From positions 224,001 to 288,000 of the forward strand of contig JAVZCZ010000001.1 of the NCBI GenBank assembly GCA_038874135.1: DNA of 64,000 bases. Reading direction: 5' to 3'. The position numbers and the translations under genes were made by a program. The notes beneath the pieces were generated by a model, which was not told the DNA's origin, did no database searches, and worked only from the letters and a program-made list of their open reading frames with translations. Shown in pieces: positions 9,261-18,226 of this stretch. The first letter of the stretch is position 1, and every line of letters starts with the position of its first letter. Source of the stretch: Candidatus Woesearchaeota archaeon. GTDB lineage: Archaea; Nanobdellota; Nanobdellia; Woesearchaeales; 0-14-0-80-44-23.

Positions 9261-9737
9261 ATGGTACCTAAGAAGGACTTGCTTATAATCGCCGAGCTTA
9301 GAAAGAATGCGCGGGAGTCACTAACTGATATGAGCAGGAAGATAAGAATTCCAATATCCACTATTTACGACCGGCTGAAACTTAATGAGGGCTCGCTCAT
9401 AAAGAAGCACACCACGCTCATAGATTTCTCAAAGCTTGGATTTTACACGCGGGCGAACATCCTAATCAAGGTTGAACATGACAGCAAGGAAAGCTTAAAG
9501 GAGTTCCTGCTTCGCCATCACAGGATTAACTCAGTGTTTCAGATAAATAACGGATACGATTTTCTAGCAGAAGGGATATTTAAGCACATAAAGGAGTTGG
9601 AAGATTTCTGCGAGGATATGGAATCAAAATTTAGAATTCAAAAGAAGGATATATACTACATAATAGAAGAAATTAAAAGAGAATCCTTCCTCGCAGATGC
9701 GCAGATAGTAGAGCTCATCCAGAAGGATATAAGTTAA
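9261..9737 (+). CDS. Lrp/AsnC family transcriptional regulator
   Basis: KDLLIIAELRKNARESLTDMSRKIRIPISTIYDRL HTH, IDFSKLG, RAM domain; GGAGGTG SD. Confidence 0.9.
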   Translation: MVPKKDLLIIAELRKNARESLTDMSRKIRIPISTIYDRLKLNEGSLIKKHTTLIDFSKLGFYTRANILIKVEHDSKESLKEFLLRHHRINSVFQINNGYDFLAEGIFKHIKELEDFCEDMESKFRIQKKDIYYIIEEIKRESFLADAQIVELIQKDIS

Positions 9738-9740
9738 AAA

Positions 9741-10352
9741 TTAATTCTGAACAAATAGGTAATGCTTTTCATTCCCTGCCAGCTCTGTTATTATTCTCTT
9801 CACAATTAGCTTTACAGGGTCTGGCATTAGTGGAATTCTCTTCTTAAGGTCATCAAAGCTCTTGAATGGCTCAGTCTCTCTTGCTTCTACTATTTCCCAC
9901 ATCTTCTTCTTTCCCAGACCTGAGAGGAGCTCCAGCTTGTGCATCCTCGTTGTCAGAGGGCCTGCTGTGTTGAAGAATTCTACGAATTTCTGCTCGTTGT
10001 TTTTTACATACTCTGCAAGTATGAATTCCAGCTCTTTCAGGGCTGTCTGGGTGAGGTTTTCCAGTTTTAATCTTGCTGAGATGTGGTGTATCTTGTCTCT
10101 TTTTCCCTCTCCAATATAGACCTCCTCGTGCGGCTGCAGGAATACCTCTTTTCTTGGCACGAGTTCTAGAAGTGCTAGAGTGTTCTTGCCTATTGCTTGG
10201 GCTATTGGAGTTTTTTTGAACATGGGGCGTGAGTCAAACGGGTAGCCGTTTGGCAGGAAGTCAAGTATTACTGCGTATTCCTCCTGCTTCTTCTGCGCCT
10301 GCTGCTGGCGCTGCGTTGTTCCCCTTTCATTTTCACTTAACATCGGCTCCAC
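9741..10352 (-). CDS. DUF655 family putative RNA-binding protein
   Basis: EEYAVILDFLPNGY, AQAIG, LLEL, PLTTRMHKLELLSGLGKK; conserved after rpoF. Confidence 0.9.
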   Translation of the reverse strand: MEPMLSENERGTTQRQQQAQKKQEEYAVILDFLPNGYPFDSRPMFKKTPIAQAIGKNTLALLELVPRKEVFLQPHEEVYIGEGKRDKIHHISARLKLENLTQTALKELEFILAEYVKNNEQKFVEFFNTAGPLTTRMHKLELLSGLGKKKMWEIVEARETEPFKSFDDLKKRIPLMPDPVKLIVKRIITELAGNEKHYLFVQN

Positions 10353-10414
10353 CCCTGTAATGCTCTTTGATTATGAGATTTCTTTTTATAAATTTTTTGA
10401 GAATTTAAGTAAGG

Positions 10415-10774
10415 TTATGCCCTGTGCTCCTGCACAAGTTCCAGTATCCTTTTTAGGTTCTTCTCAACTATAGTGATTGGATAAGCGTCAAGAACTGCTT
10501 TTAACTCTTCCATGTTTTCAGGCATTATGTCTATTATCTTACAGATTTGAGCGTCCTTCAATCTTGGTATTTCCAGTTCTTCTATCTTCTTTTTCAGCTC
10601 CTCAGGCTTCTTGCACATCCTATGGCTGAAAGAGTTGAGATAGTCCTCAAGCTGAGTTACTCTGAAGTTTGGTTCCGAGCCAGCCTTTTCATCTCTCTTT
10701 CTTATTGATTCAATTTCCTTTTTTAGTTCAGCCATAGTTATTGGCTTTTCTTCTATTATCTTGGCATCAACCAT
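10415..10774 (-). CDS. rpoF: RNA polymerase subunit Rpo4 (F)
   Basis: IIEEKPITMAELK, KIIDIMPENMEELK; L21e-rpoF-DUF655 synteny. Confidence 0.88.
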   Translation of the reverse strand: MVDAKIIEEKPITMAELKKEIESIRKRDEKAGSEPNFRVTQLEDYLNSFSHRMCKKPEELKKKIEELEIPRLKDAQICKIIDIMPENMEELKAVLDAYPITIVEKNLKRILELVQEHRA

Positions 10775-10786
10775 CTTTTATCACGC

Positions 10787-11083
10787 TTACTGCTTAACTG
10801 ATTTTAAGTGTATGGGGTGCACTATTAGGAGCTTCTCCTTCTTTCCATCAACAATTTTTACTTCGTAGCATTTACCCCTCTTCCCAACGATCGTGCCGTG
10901 CTTGCCAGTGTAGTTGAAAAAGAAGCATCCGTCCTGATATGCTGAGTTGGGCTTGAGTATCACCTTATCGCCAGTGTTGAAAGTTTTGAATATTTCTGAA
11001 ACTGAAAGCTTACCCTTCTCTCTAAGTTCTCTTCTGAGCTTACGCCTCGTCTTTCTGCGCACTCCCCCGATTCTCATAGCCAT
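10787..11083 (-). CDS. rpl21e: 50S ribosomal protein L21e
   Basis: GVRRKTRRKL, FNTGDKV, GKHGTIVGKRG, VHPIHLK. Confidence 0.95.
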   Translation of the reverse strand: MAMRIGGVRRKTRRKLRRELREKGKLSVSEIFKTFNTGDKVILKPNSAYQDGCFFFNYTGKHGTIVGKRGKCYEVKIVDGKKEKLLIVHPIHLKSVKQ

Positions 11084-11246
11084 CTCTTTTCACCATCCTT
11101 AAAAATCTGAACAAAAAGGATAAGCCAATTATTTAAAAAGATTTTGTTTTTTAGGGTATTTATTTAGCTCTGAGAACATGTTTAGAATAAAATTTATAAA
11201 GCACCGTGGTTTCTTAACTCAAAAGTGTTATGAAGGTGATATTAGA

Positions 11247-11396
11247 ATGACAAATGGAAGATGCATGAAGTGCAAGAAAGAAGTTGAGATAAAGGATGCA
11301 AAAACGATTGTTATGAAGAATGGTATGGAAGCAGTTCAAGGGGTCTGCCCAAATTGCGGGACCAAAGTTTTCAGGATTCTTGGAAAGAAAAAGTGA
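11247..11396 (+). CDS. Small basic zinc-ribbon protein (DUF5679-like)
   Basis: CMKCK...MKNG...GVCPNCGTKVFRILG; AGGTGA SD before ATG 11247. Confidence 0.8.
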   Translation: MTNGRCMKCKKEVEIKDAKTIVMKNGMEAVQGVCPNCGTKVFRILGKKK

Positions 11397-11493
11397 GCAT
11401 GATTGAATTTCTCACAAGATAATAAGATGTTTATTTTTATTTTTTAATTAAATCACAAATTTTAAAAATTAAAAGCCAATTCCAGAAGCAAAC

Positions 11494-11568
11494 GCCCCGG
11501 TAGTGTAGTCCGGCCAATCATCCAGCCCTCTCACGGCTGGGACACGGGTTCAAATCCCGTCCGGGGCA
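11494..11568 (+). tRNA. tRNA-Glu(CTC)
   Basis: GCCCCGG/CCGGGGC acceptor stem, CAGCC-CTCTCAC-GGCTG anticodon arm, GGTTCAAATCC T-arm. Confidence 0.95.
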
Positions 11569-11668
11569 TATTCTGAATTCTAATTGCTTATTAGAAGTTA
11601 TTTAGATTTAGCAAAAATCTTTTAAATACTTTTAGAACTCTCTTTTATTTAAGAACGAAGATGATAAA

Positions 11669-13045
11669 ATGGAAAATGGGGAGCAAGCGTTAGAAGATGT
11701 TAGGAGTGAAAATCGTTTTCTTAGAAAGCGAGTGAACCCTTTCAAGTTTCTTATACTCAGCTTCGCGTCCATAATCCTTATAGGCACTTTCCTTCTAATG
11801 CTTCCAATATCATCTGCCAGTGGAAGAGCCACTTCGCTTGTAGATGCTCTTTTTACTGCTACTTCGGCAACATGTGTTACAGGCTTAGTTGTGAAAGATA
11901 CGGGAACTTATTTTTCAACCTTCGGGCAGATTGTCATCCTATTGCTAATTCAGATTGGCGGCCTAGGATATATGACCACGATGACCCTGCTTGCGATACT
12001 TCTGAAAAAGCATATTCCAATAACTCAGAGGATAATATTTCAGGAGAACATGGGCTATCCAACCCTATCGCAGATAATCGTTTTTGCTAAACATGTTTTT
12101 GCTGCAGTGATAGTTTTTGAGTTTACTGGCGCCTTAGTTCTGTTTTTAAGGTGGAGATACCTTGGGATTGCAAAGGCATTGAAGTACGCTGTTTTCCACT
12201 CAGTATCAGCATTTAACAATGCTGGCTTTGATGTCCTTGGCAATTTTAAGAGTCTTACTGAGTATGTGGCTGACCCTGTTGTAAACATTACAATCAGCGT
12301 TTTAATAGTGAGCGGCGGGCTGGGATTTTTAGTGCTATCCAACATTTATAACTTCATATTTTATAAGAAGAAGTTGAGTCTGCACTCAAAGATAGTGCTC
12401 TGGGCAACTCTTATTCTAATTGTGAGTGGGGCTCTGCTGATATTTGCAGTTGAGAATAATAATCCCGAAACTATTGGAGGGCTCTCACCTGCTGGAAAGT
12501 TTTTTGCGTCAATCTTTCAATCCGTAACTGCGAGGACCGCTGGGTTTAATACTATATCAATAAGCAAGATGACTTCCGCAGGGCTTATGGTACTAATTGC
12601 CTTAATGTTTATAGGTGCTTCTCCTGGAGGAACTGGTGGCGGAGTTAAAACAGTTACCTTTGTTGTTGCCATGTCAGCCATATTCTCTTACATTCAATGC
12701 AAGAACAGGGCTGAGATACACAACAGAAGCATATCCAGTGAGGCTGTTAATAGAGCATTTACAATAATAATTCTTTCAATAATGTTTATTTATATCAACA
12801 CGATTCTGCTATGCCATATTAACAAGTTTTCTCTTATTCAGAACCTTTTTGAAGTAACTTCTGCATTCGGAACAGTAGGCCTCTCAACAGGAATAACTTC
12901 AGCCCTAGATTCTAGTTCAAAGCTGGTTTTAATTTTAGTAATGTTTATAGGGAGGGTCGGAATTCTTTCACCTCTGATGTTCCTGAAGTATTATCATGAT
13001 GCCTGCAGGGTAAACCTGCCTGAGGAGGACATTTCGGTAGGGTGA
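11669..13045 (+). CDS. ktrB: Trk/Ktr potassium uptake membrane subunit (TrkH/KtrB)
   Basis: Four selectivity-filter motifs: SATCVTGL, SAFNNAGF, RTAGFN, SAFGTVGLS; FIGASPGGTGGGVK. Confidence 0.92.
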   Translation: MENGEQALEDVRSENRFLRKRVNPFKFLILSFASIILIGTFLLMLPISSASGRATSLVDALFTATSATCVTGLVVKDTGTYFSTFGQIVILLLIQIGGLGYMTTMTLLAILLKKHIPITQRIIFQENMGYPTLSQIIVFAKHVFAAVIVFEFTGALVLFLRWRYLGIAKALKYAVFHSVSAFNNAGFDVLGNFKSLTEYVADPVVNITISVLIVSGGLGFLVLSNIYNFIFYKKKLSLHSKIVLWATLILIVSGALLIFAVENNNPETIGGLSPAGKFFASIFQSVTARTAGFNTISISKMTSAGLMVLIALMFIGASPGGTGGGVKTVTFVVAMSAIFSYIQCKNRAEIHNRSISSEAVNRAFTIIILSIMFIYINTILLCHINKFSLIQNLFEVTSAFGTVGLSTGITSALDSSSKLVLILVMFIGRVGILSPLMFLKYYHDACRVNLPEEDISVG

Positions 13046-13049
13046 TATT

Positions 13050-13706
13050 ATGAAAAGGCAGATTGCAGTTATAGGAATGGGAAGGTTTGGAAGCACAGTT
13101 GCAAAGACGCTCTCCCAGCTTGGAGAAAATGTTATTGCAATTGATGAGGACGAAAAGAAGATAAATGCAATAAAGGACTTCGTGGCGTATGCAAAGCAGG
13201 CAAACGCTACAGACATAGTGGCTTTGAGGCAGGCTGGGGTTGCAAACTGCGAAACCGCTGTTGTAGCAACTGGAGACGCTTCATCAATAATAATAACGAT
13301 GGCGCTTTTGGAGCTTGGAGTTAAGAATGTGATAGCCAAGGCGAGTGATGAGATAATGGGCGCCGCTCTTAAGAAGGTTGGCGCATCAAGAGTTATTTAT
13401 CCTGAGATTGATTCAGCAGTTAGATTAGCAAATCAGCTCATATCCTCTGACATTCTTGAATTTATAGAGATATCTCCTGAATACAGCGTGCAGGAGATAA
13501 TTGCTCCAAGACAGTTTGTTAATTGGAACATAGGTGAAATGGAGTTTAGGAAGAAGTACGATGTTACAATAATAGGTATAAAGAGAAAGAATAAGATAAT
13601 AGTAGTGCCTGCTAGCAATGAGGTAATTGAAAAAGATGATGTTCTTGTTCTGCTCGGAAAAACTGAGAGCATAAAGCGGCTCATTAATGATATGAATGGA
13701 AAGTAG
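13050..13706 (+). CDS. ktrA: Trk/Ktr NAD-binding RCK regulatory subunit (TrkA/KtrA)
   Basis: VIGMGRFG Rossmann motif, VIYPE, C-terminal RCK_C domain. Confidence 0.92.
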   Translation: MKRQIAVIGMGRFGSTVAKTLSQLGENVIAIDEDEKKINAIKDFVAYAKQANATDIVALRQAGVANCETAVVATGDASSIIITMALLELGVKNVIAKASDEIMGAALKKVGASRVIYPEIDSAVRLANQLISSDILEFIEISPEYSVQEIIAPRQFVNWNIGEMEFRKKYDVTIIGIKRKNKIIVVPASNEVIEKDDVLVLLGKTESIKRLINDMNGK

Positions 13707-13709
13707 AAA

Positions 13710-13793
13710 CGCCGCGACCCGGATTTGAACCGGGAAGCCCTTTCGGGCACCAGCTCTCAAGGCTGGCGCAATACCAGGTTATGCGACCGCGGC
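13710..13793 (-). tRNA. tRNA-Ser(TGA)
   Basis: GCCGCGG start, CCAGC-CTTGAGA-GCTGG anticodon arm, long variable arm GCCCGAAAGGGC, G discriminator. Confidence 0.95.
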
Positions 13794-13803
13794 AGGAAAA
13801 AAG

Positions 13804-13926
13804 TGCCGCTGGCGGGATATGAACCCGCGACCTCTACGTTTCCTGGTTTGAGTTATATCATCGGCATCCTGCCTCATCGCTCAAACATATGAGCGTAGCG
13901 CTCTAACCAGGCTGAGCTACAGCGGC
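13804..13926 (-). tRNA. tRNA-Met(CAT), probably elongator, with 48-nt intron (13840-13887) at position 37/38
   Basis: GCCGCTG/CAGCGGC acceptor stem, CTACG-CTCATA^A-CGTAG anticodon arm, intron helix GTTTGAG/CTCAAAC. Confidence 0.88.
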
Positions 13927-13973
13927 GCTGCTGAAAAGTTAATGCGCCTCTTTTAAAAATCTTTTCTTTTGAA

Positions 13974-14393
13974 TTAGAAGGATTTTCTTATTGCCTCTGC
14001 AACTTTCTTCATCTCTCCGTCATGGTAGGTATATTTTGAAGCGAATAATTTGAAGTTATCCCCACTCTTTCTCGGAATTATGTGAAAGTGTATGTGATTT
14101 ATGACTTGGCCTGCGGCTGCTCCGTTGTTCTGAACTATGTTAGCTCCTTCCGCTCCTGTTCCCTTAATAACTGCGGCGGTTACCTTCTTGATAACAAATG
14201 CCAGCTTTGACAGTTCGCTTTCTGGTATGTCTAAGATGCTTGTATAATGCTTTTTTGGGATTACTAAGGTGTGCCCCTTAGCAACAGGATTTATGTCCAG
14301 AAATGCGAAGCAGTGTTCATCTTCGTAAACTTTTTCAGATTTTACAGATGAATTTGCTATATTGCAGAATATGCACTCTTCCATTTTTCTCAC
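13974..14393 (-). CDS. HIT family hydrolase (intact histidine triad)
   Basis: CIFC, AFLDINP, GHTLVIPKKH, GQVINHIHFHIIPR. Confidence 0.93.
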   Translation of the reverse strand: MRKMEECIFCNIANSSVKSEKVYEDEHCFAFLDINPVAKGHTLVIPKKHYTSILDIPESELSKLAFVIKKVTAAVIKGTGAEGANIVQNNGAAAGQVINHIHFHIIPRKSGDNFKLFASKYTYHDGEMKKVAEAIRKSF

Positions 14394-15031
14394 CGGATTA
14401 TTTTTTGGATGTCTTCAAGAGAGGTTATTCTATCCTTTACATCTTGTCTTCTGTTCTTTCTGTCAATTAGAACTGCCCTTGCTCCAGCCTTCTGTGCTGG
14501 AAGTATGTCGCTTTCTATGCTGTCCCCTACCATGAGAATTTCTTCTTTTGGAATTCCGAGCTGTTCTGCTGCTTTTTCTAGAAGTAGGCCGTCGGTTTTC
14601 AGAGCGCCCTCTTTATAGGATAAGAGTATCAGGTCAAAGTATTTTTCTAGATTGAACTTTTTAAGCACCTGTTCTATTGAGAACTTGTCTGAATTTGAGA
14701 TTAGAACGAGCCTGTATTGTTGTTTTAATTCTTGAAGAACTTTCTCGGTTTCAGGATACATTTTTGCCATAAGCCAGTTTTTGTTCCAGAGGCCTATGAG
14801 CAGGTTGAGCTGGTACTCGTTAGGCTTTATTCCAAATTCTTTGGCGACATTTTCAAATGCTTCTTTTAATGTTGGAAAATCTTTAGTCATCATCGCCTTT
14901 TCAAATCTCAGCACATATTCTGAGAAGGGAATGTCATAAAGTCTGAGTATGTTCTTTATCTGTCTTATCGGCGAGTATGTTCCATTCTCAACGAGCGTTC
15001 CCCAAAAGTCAAAAGCTATTGCCTTAACCAT
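14390..15031 (-). CDS. HAD-superfamily hydrolase
   Basis: AIAFDFWGTL, LISNSD, K, MVGDSIESDI motifs. Confidence 0.88.
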   Translation of the reverse strand: MVKAIAFDFWGTLVENGTYSPIRQIKNILRLYDIPFSEYVLRFEKAMMTKDFPTLKEAFENVAKEFGIKPNEYQLNLLIGLWNKNWLMAKMYPETEKVLQELKQQYRLVLISNSDKFSIEQVLKKFNLEKYFDLILLSYKEGALKTDGLLLEKAAEQLGIPKEEILMVGDSIESDILPAQKAGARAVLIDRKNRRQDVKDRITSLEDIQKIIR

Positions 15032-15093
15032 TTGCCACCCCTTTTTTGTTGTATTTTCAGATGCCTATTTAAATTTTAGGTTTTGCTAAGAAG

Positions 15094-15167
15094 TGGACCG
15101 GCCGGGATTTGAACCCGGAGCCTCACCCACGCCAAGGGCGCATTATACCAGGTTTAACTACCGGCCC
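15094..15167 (-). tRNA. tRNA-Ala(GGC)
   Basis: GGGCCGG/CCGGTCC acceptor stem with G3:U70, anticodon loop TTGGCGT. Confidence 0.95.
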
Positions 15168-15180
15168 ATAAAAAGGGAAG

Positions 15181-15282
15181 TGGGCCCGTGGGGATTTGAA
15201 CCCCAGACCGCTGGTTCTCTTAGGTTTGATGCGAATGTGGCCTTATAAGACCAGCACTCTAACCAGTCTGAGTTACGGGCCC
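15181..15282 (-). tRNA. tRNA-Ile(TAT) with 27-nt intron (15217-15243) at position 37/38
   Basis: GGGCCCG/CGGGCCC acceptor stem, CTGGT-CTTATA^A-ACCAG anticodon arm, strict BHB (CTTA/TAAG central helix). Confidence 0.92.
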
Positions 15283-15330
15283 ATGCTGTTTTGGAAGTTT
15301 TAGGTTTGTATTTAAAGTTTTCCATGCGGA

Positions 15331-15912
15331 TTAAAAATATTTGTTCTGCTTGGCGTAGCTTATGAATTCTTCAAAGATCTGGTTTATCTCTGGGAATGGC
15401 GTGAAGTAGTGCTGCTTTTTTTCTCTCAGTTGTTTCTCGGTTATTTTGTTTTGTTTCCACTCCTTTTTATTAAATGCTGCTTGTATTATCGGGTCTAATT
15501 TGTCTATTGCCTGGCAGAATTTTGCTTCAGGTGTAGTGTTCTCATCAAATTCTTTCCAGTACTTTATGAATTCTCGAAATATTGGTGTGGGAATGCTCTT
15601 TCTGAGGTTTTCCAAGGCGGAGTATTCAAGTTTTTTCTGGTTTCTAGTTGCGGCTTCGTCAAAGAAGTAGGTGTCTCCAGATTTTATTTCTATAAGGTCA
15701 TGGTACAGTAACATCTTGATTACTTTATTCTCATCTAGTTTCTGCTTTATTTTTGGAAGAAAGTATTCTGCTAGGAGTATGCAGCTCCAGGAGTGTTCGG
15801 CTGAGCTCTCAGCTCTGTTTCCAACAGATGAGCGTCGTTTTATCTCTTTTAGTCTGAACAGCTCGCTTAGCTTTTTTATTTCATTTATTGTGAATTTGAG
15901 TTCTTGGGACAT
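15331..15912 (-). CDS. HD-domain hydrolase (YfbR/HDDC2-like)
   Basis: LKEIKRR, ESSAEHSW, LLYHDLIEIKSGD, EAKFCQAIDKL. Confidence 0.88.
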   Translation of the reverse strand: MSQELKFTINEIKKLSELFRLKEIKRRSSVGNRAESSAEHSWSCILLAEYFLPKIKQKLDENKVIKMLLYHDLIEIKSGDTYFFDEAATRNQKKLEYSALENLRKSIPTPIFREFIKYWKEFDENTTPEAKFCQAIDKLDPIIQAAFNKKEWKQNKITEKQLREKKQHYFTPFPEINQIFEEFISYAKQNKYF

Positions 15913-16030
15913 ATCTCATTCTTTCCCGCACTGACATTTTTCTTAAATTTAAATATTTTGTGAAATTAAAAAGAGTAAAATTTAAATAGTAGTGTATCTA
16001 CCTAAATGTAACAACAAAAAGGTGTTTTTT

Positions 16031-16558
16031 ATGGGTTACGATGTTGAACTGTATGTTCCGATGAGCGGACTGGAACACCTAGTTAAACTTGAAGCCACGC
16101 TCAGGAATGCAACTGAAAATTTGTCATTAAGTAAAAATATCCTAAATTTATATAAGGCTGGCAAAAATCTTGAGTTTACCCTATTAGATAATGGGTCTAA
16201 TTTCAAAATTAATCCTAAACAGCCTTTTATAATAATACCTTATCCTTCAGAAAGTGAGGAGTACGCTTCTAAATCAGAAAAATTTGAGTATGAAAGAAAT
16301 ATACTGCTACCAGAAGAAAAGATCGTAAATATTACTGATTTTATAGGAAAAATAAAAATAAGAGGAACTGTGAAAGTTCCTAAAAATGTGGAGGAAGTTG
16401 AAGATATACTCCGAGTTTTTAATATATTTAGTTTGAGCATATCTTACATCCGATTTAAAGATCAAAATTATCATAAGGGTGTTCGTTCTTTAGAAGAGGA
16501 TAAACCTGCAGTAGTTATAGTTAATCCTTTAAACATGCTTACTGTTGAATATAAATAA
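16031..16558 (+). CDS. Hypothetical protein (AT-rich)
   Basis: Open frame with AGGTG SD before ATG 16031; no motif recognised. Confidence 0.55.
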   Translation: MGYDVELYVPMSGLEHLVKLEATLRNATENLSLSKNILNLYKAGKNLEFTLLDNGSNFKINPKQPFIIIPYPSESEEYASKSEKFEYERNILLPEEKIVNITDFIGKIKIRGTVKVPKNVEEVEDILRVFNIFSLSISYIRFKDQNYHKGVRSLEEDKPAVVIVNPLNMLTVEYK

Positions 16559-16661
16559 ACAAATCATTTTTAACGCCTAATTATACAGGATTAGAGTTCT
16601 TAGGTGCCTATTTTGTTTTGTTCCGCAACCTTTATAAAGAAGTTCCGAATTCTAAGCAGGC

Positions 16662-17045
16662 ATGGCAATAAGACAGGCAAGACCAAAGAGGAAACTAACT
16701 GGAAGAAGGTATGTTGATTATAGGAAAAAGAGGCTTTCCGAGCTTGGAAGGGCTCCGGCACTAACCAAGGTGGATGAAGAGCAGAAGGTTGTAAGCATTA
16801 GGGGAAGGGGAAAGAACTACAAATACAAGCTTCTCAGAGCAAGCATAGCTAATGTGCTTGACCCGAAAACTAAGAAGTATTCAAAGGTCAAGATAAAGAC
16901 GGTTATTGAGAGCCCTGCCAACATCTACTATGTTAGGAGAAACATAATAGTGAGGGGCACGGTAATAGAAACTGAGCTTGGTAAGGCGAGAGTTACCTCA
17001 AGACCTGGGCAGGATGGAATAATTAATGCCGTGCTAATAAAGTGA
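16662..17045 (+). CDS. rps8e: 30S ribosomal protein S8e
   Basis: RKLTGRR, ELGR, RRNIIVRGTVIETELGKARVTSRPGQDG. Confidence 0.97.
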   Translation: MAIRQARPKRKLTGRRYVDYRKKRLSELGRAPALTKVDEEQKVVSIRGRGKNYKYKLLRASIANVLDPKTKKYSKVKIKTVIESPANIYYVRRNIIVRGTVIETELGKARVTSRPGQDGIINAVLIK

Positions 17046-17225
17046 TTACAGGTCTCTAGCCATCAGCGTGTTTCTATTATTTTCTCTTGCTCTCCTGCAA
17101 GCCTCTTTTATTATCTGAACTACCTTCTTTGCAAGTGCCTCTTCAAACTCTTCTGAAACGCTAAGGGGCTTTCCGTCCAGCTCTGCGAAATCTCTGATTC
17201 GGCTTCTAACTATTATGTTTGGCAT
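17046..17225 (-). CDS. Minimal histone-fold protein (DUF1931-like/non-nucleosomal type)
   Basis: MPNIIVRSRIRD...SVSEEFEEAL...IIKEACRRARENNRNTLMARDL (RxTxxxxD histone motif); GGAGG SD. Confidence 0.8.
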   Translation of the reverse strand: MPNIIVRSRIRDFAELDGKPLSVSEEFEEALAKKVVQIIKEACRRARENNRNTLMARDL

Positions 17226-17820
17226 TTTTCTCCTCCAAAATTTTTTCAATCTGCTGTATCCTCTTTCGTATTATTTCAAGCTGAGCCCTCTTCTCAGGCA
17301 TCTGATCTCCACTGATGAGTTTGTAATATTTTTTCTTCAAAAGTAGGAGCTTGTCGTGAATGGCTTCTTCTTCGCTGATGCTCTTAAGAACATTACTTAT
17401 CTCTTTTTTCAGGCGTGCTTTTTTAACCTTGGAAAGTATTTTTTCTTCCAACTTTTTTATCCTTTCCTCCCGCGCTCTCTTCTCATTTATGTAAGAGTTG
17501 ATCGCGTTTTCAATTCTTAATAGGAAGTCGCTTATTTGCGTCTCATAAATGCCGGGCATCTCTCTGAGCTCGTACAGGCGCTGCTTGGCATACAACATGC
17601 GCTTGTCACTCTCGTCAAAAACCCTATTCAGAGAATCCATAACCTTAGTTATTCTCTCCTGGAGCTTTCCAGAAATTAGAACCTTCTCTGATTCTTCTTC
17701 TATTTCTTTTTTAGGCTTCTCACTCAGCTTGGCAGCTGCCCTACTCAAAGCCTTTACCAGAAATTCAAAAGAGTAGATGTCAATATTCTCGTAGGAAGAA
17801 TCACTTTGGGACATCGTCAA
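17206..17820 (-). CDS. Hypothetical coiled-coil protein
   Basis: K/E-rich heptads; overlaps both neighbours (operon). Confidence 0.65.
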   Translation of the reverse strand: MTMSQSDSSYENIDIYSFEFLVKALSRAAAKLSEKPKKEIEEESEKVLISGKLQERITKVMDSLNRVFDESDKRMLYAKQRLYELREMPGIYETQISDFLLRIENAINSYINEKRAREERIKKLEEKILSKVKKARLKKEISNVLKSISEEEAIHDKLLLLKKKYYKLISGDQMPEKRAQLEIIRKRIQQIEKILEEKNAKHNS

Positions 17821-18226
17821 ACCCTGGAATGGTCCTAGGCTGTGTCTTCTGATAAGTATATGTTCTTTTAAGCGGAGAAGGGCTTGTTTGTGTCTTTGAA
17901 AGCTCAGGATTCTGTCCGAGGGCAGCTAATATTCTCGGCAGGTATTCTTCCAGAGTGTCCTCTATCATTAGAAGGCCCTTAGCAATCTTTTCGTTCTGTT
18001 GAACAAGAAGTGCCATGCTCTCTGAAGTTGCCGGCTTGCTTTTCAGCTGCTCAGTGGCTTCTTTAAAAACTTGGAGAAGCTCATTTATTGAATCTGAAAG
18101 GTTCTTTGGCTGAGCTCCAGGCTGCTCTGGAATCTGCTTTCCTCTGAGGTGCTCTTTCAGCTCAGCAATCTCTTTTCTTAACTCTAGAATTTCCCTGTGC
18201 GGTATGAGTTCGTACTCATCAGACAT
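17801..18226 (-). CDS. Hypothetical protein (N-terminal EYELIPH-coiled coil, P/T-rich tail)
   Basis: GAGGTG SD; 141-aa ORF. Confidence 0.65.
   Translation of the reverse strand: MSDEYELIPHREILELRKEIAELKEHLRGKQIPEQPGAQPKNLSDSINELLQVFKEATEQLKSKPATSESMALLVQQNEKIAKGLLMIEDTLEEYLPRILAALGQNPELSKTQTSPSPLKRTYTYQKTQPRTIPGFDDVPK

Noticed and set aside
13804-13926. tRNA-Ile2(CAU) or initiator tRNA
   Set aside because: It has a GCC-start acceptor with G1-C72 and lacks the three G-C anticodon-stem pairs of initiators; a separate Ile(UAU) gene is present
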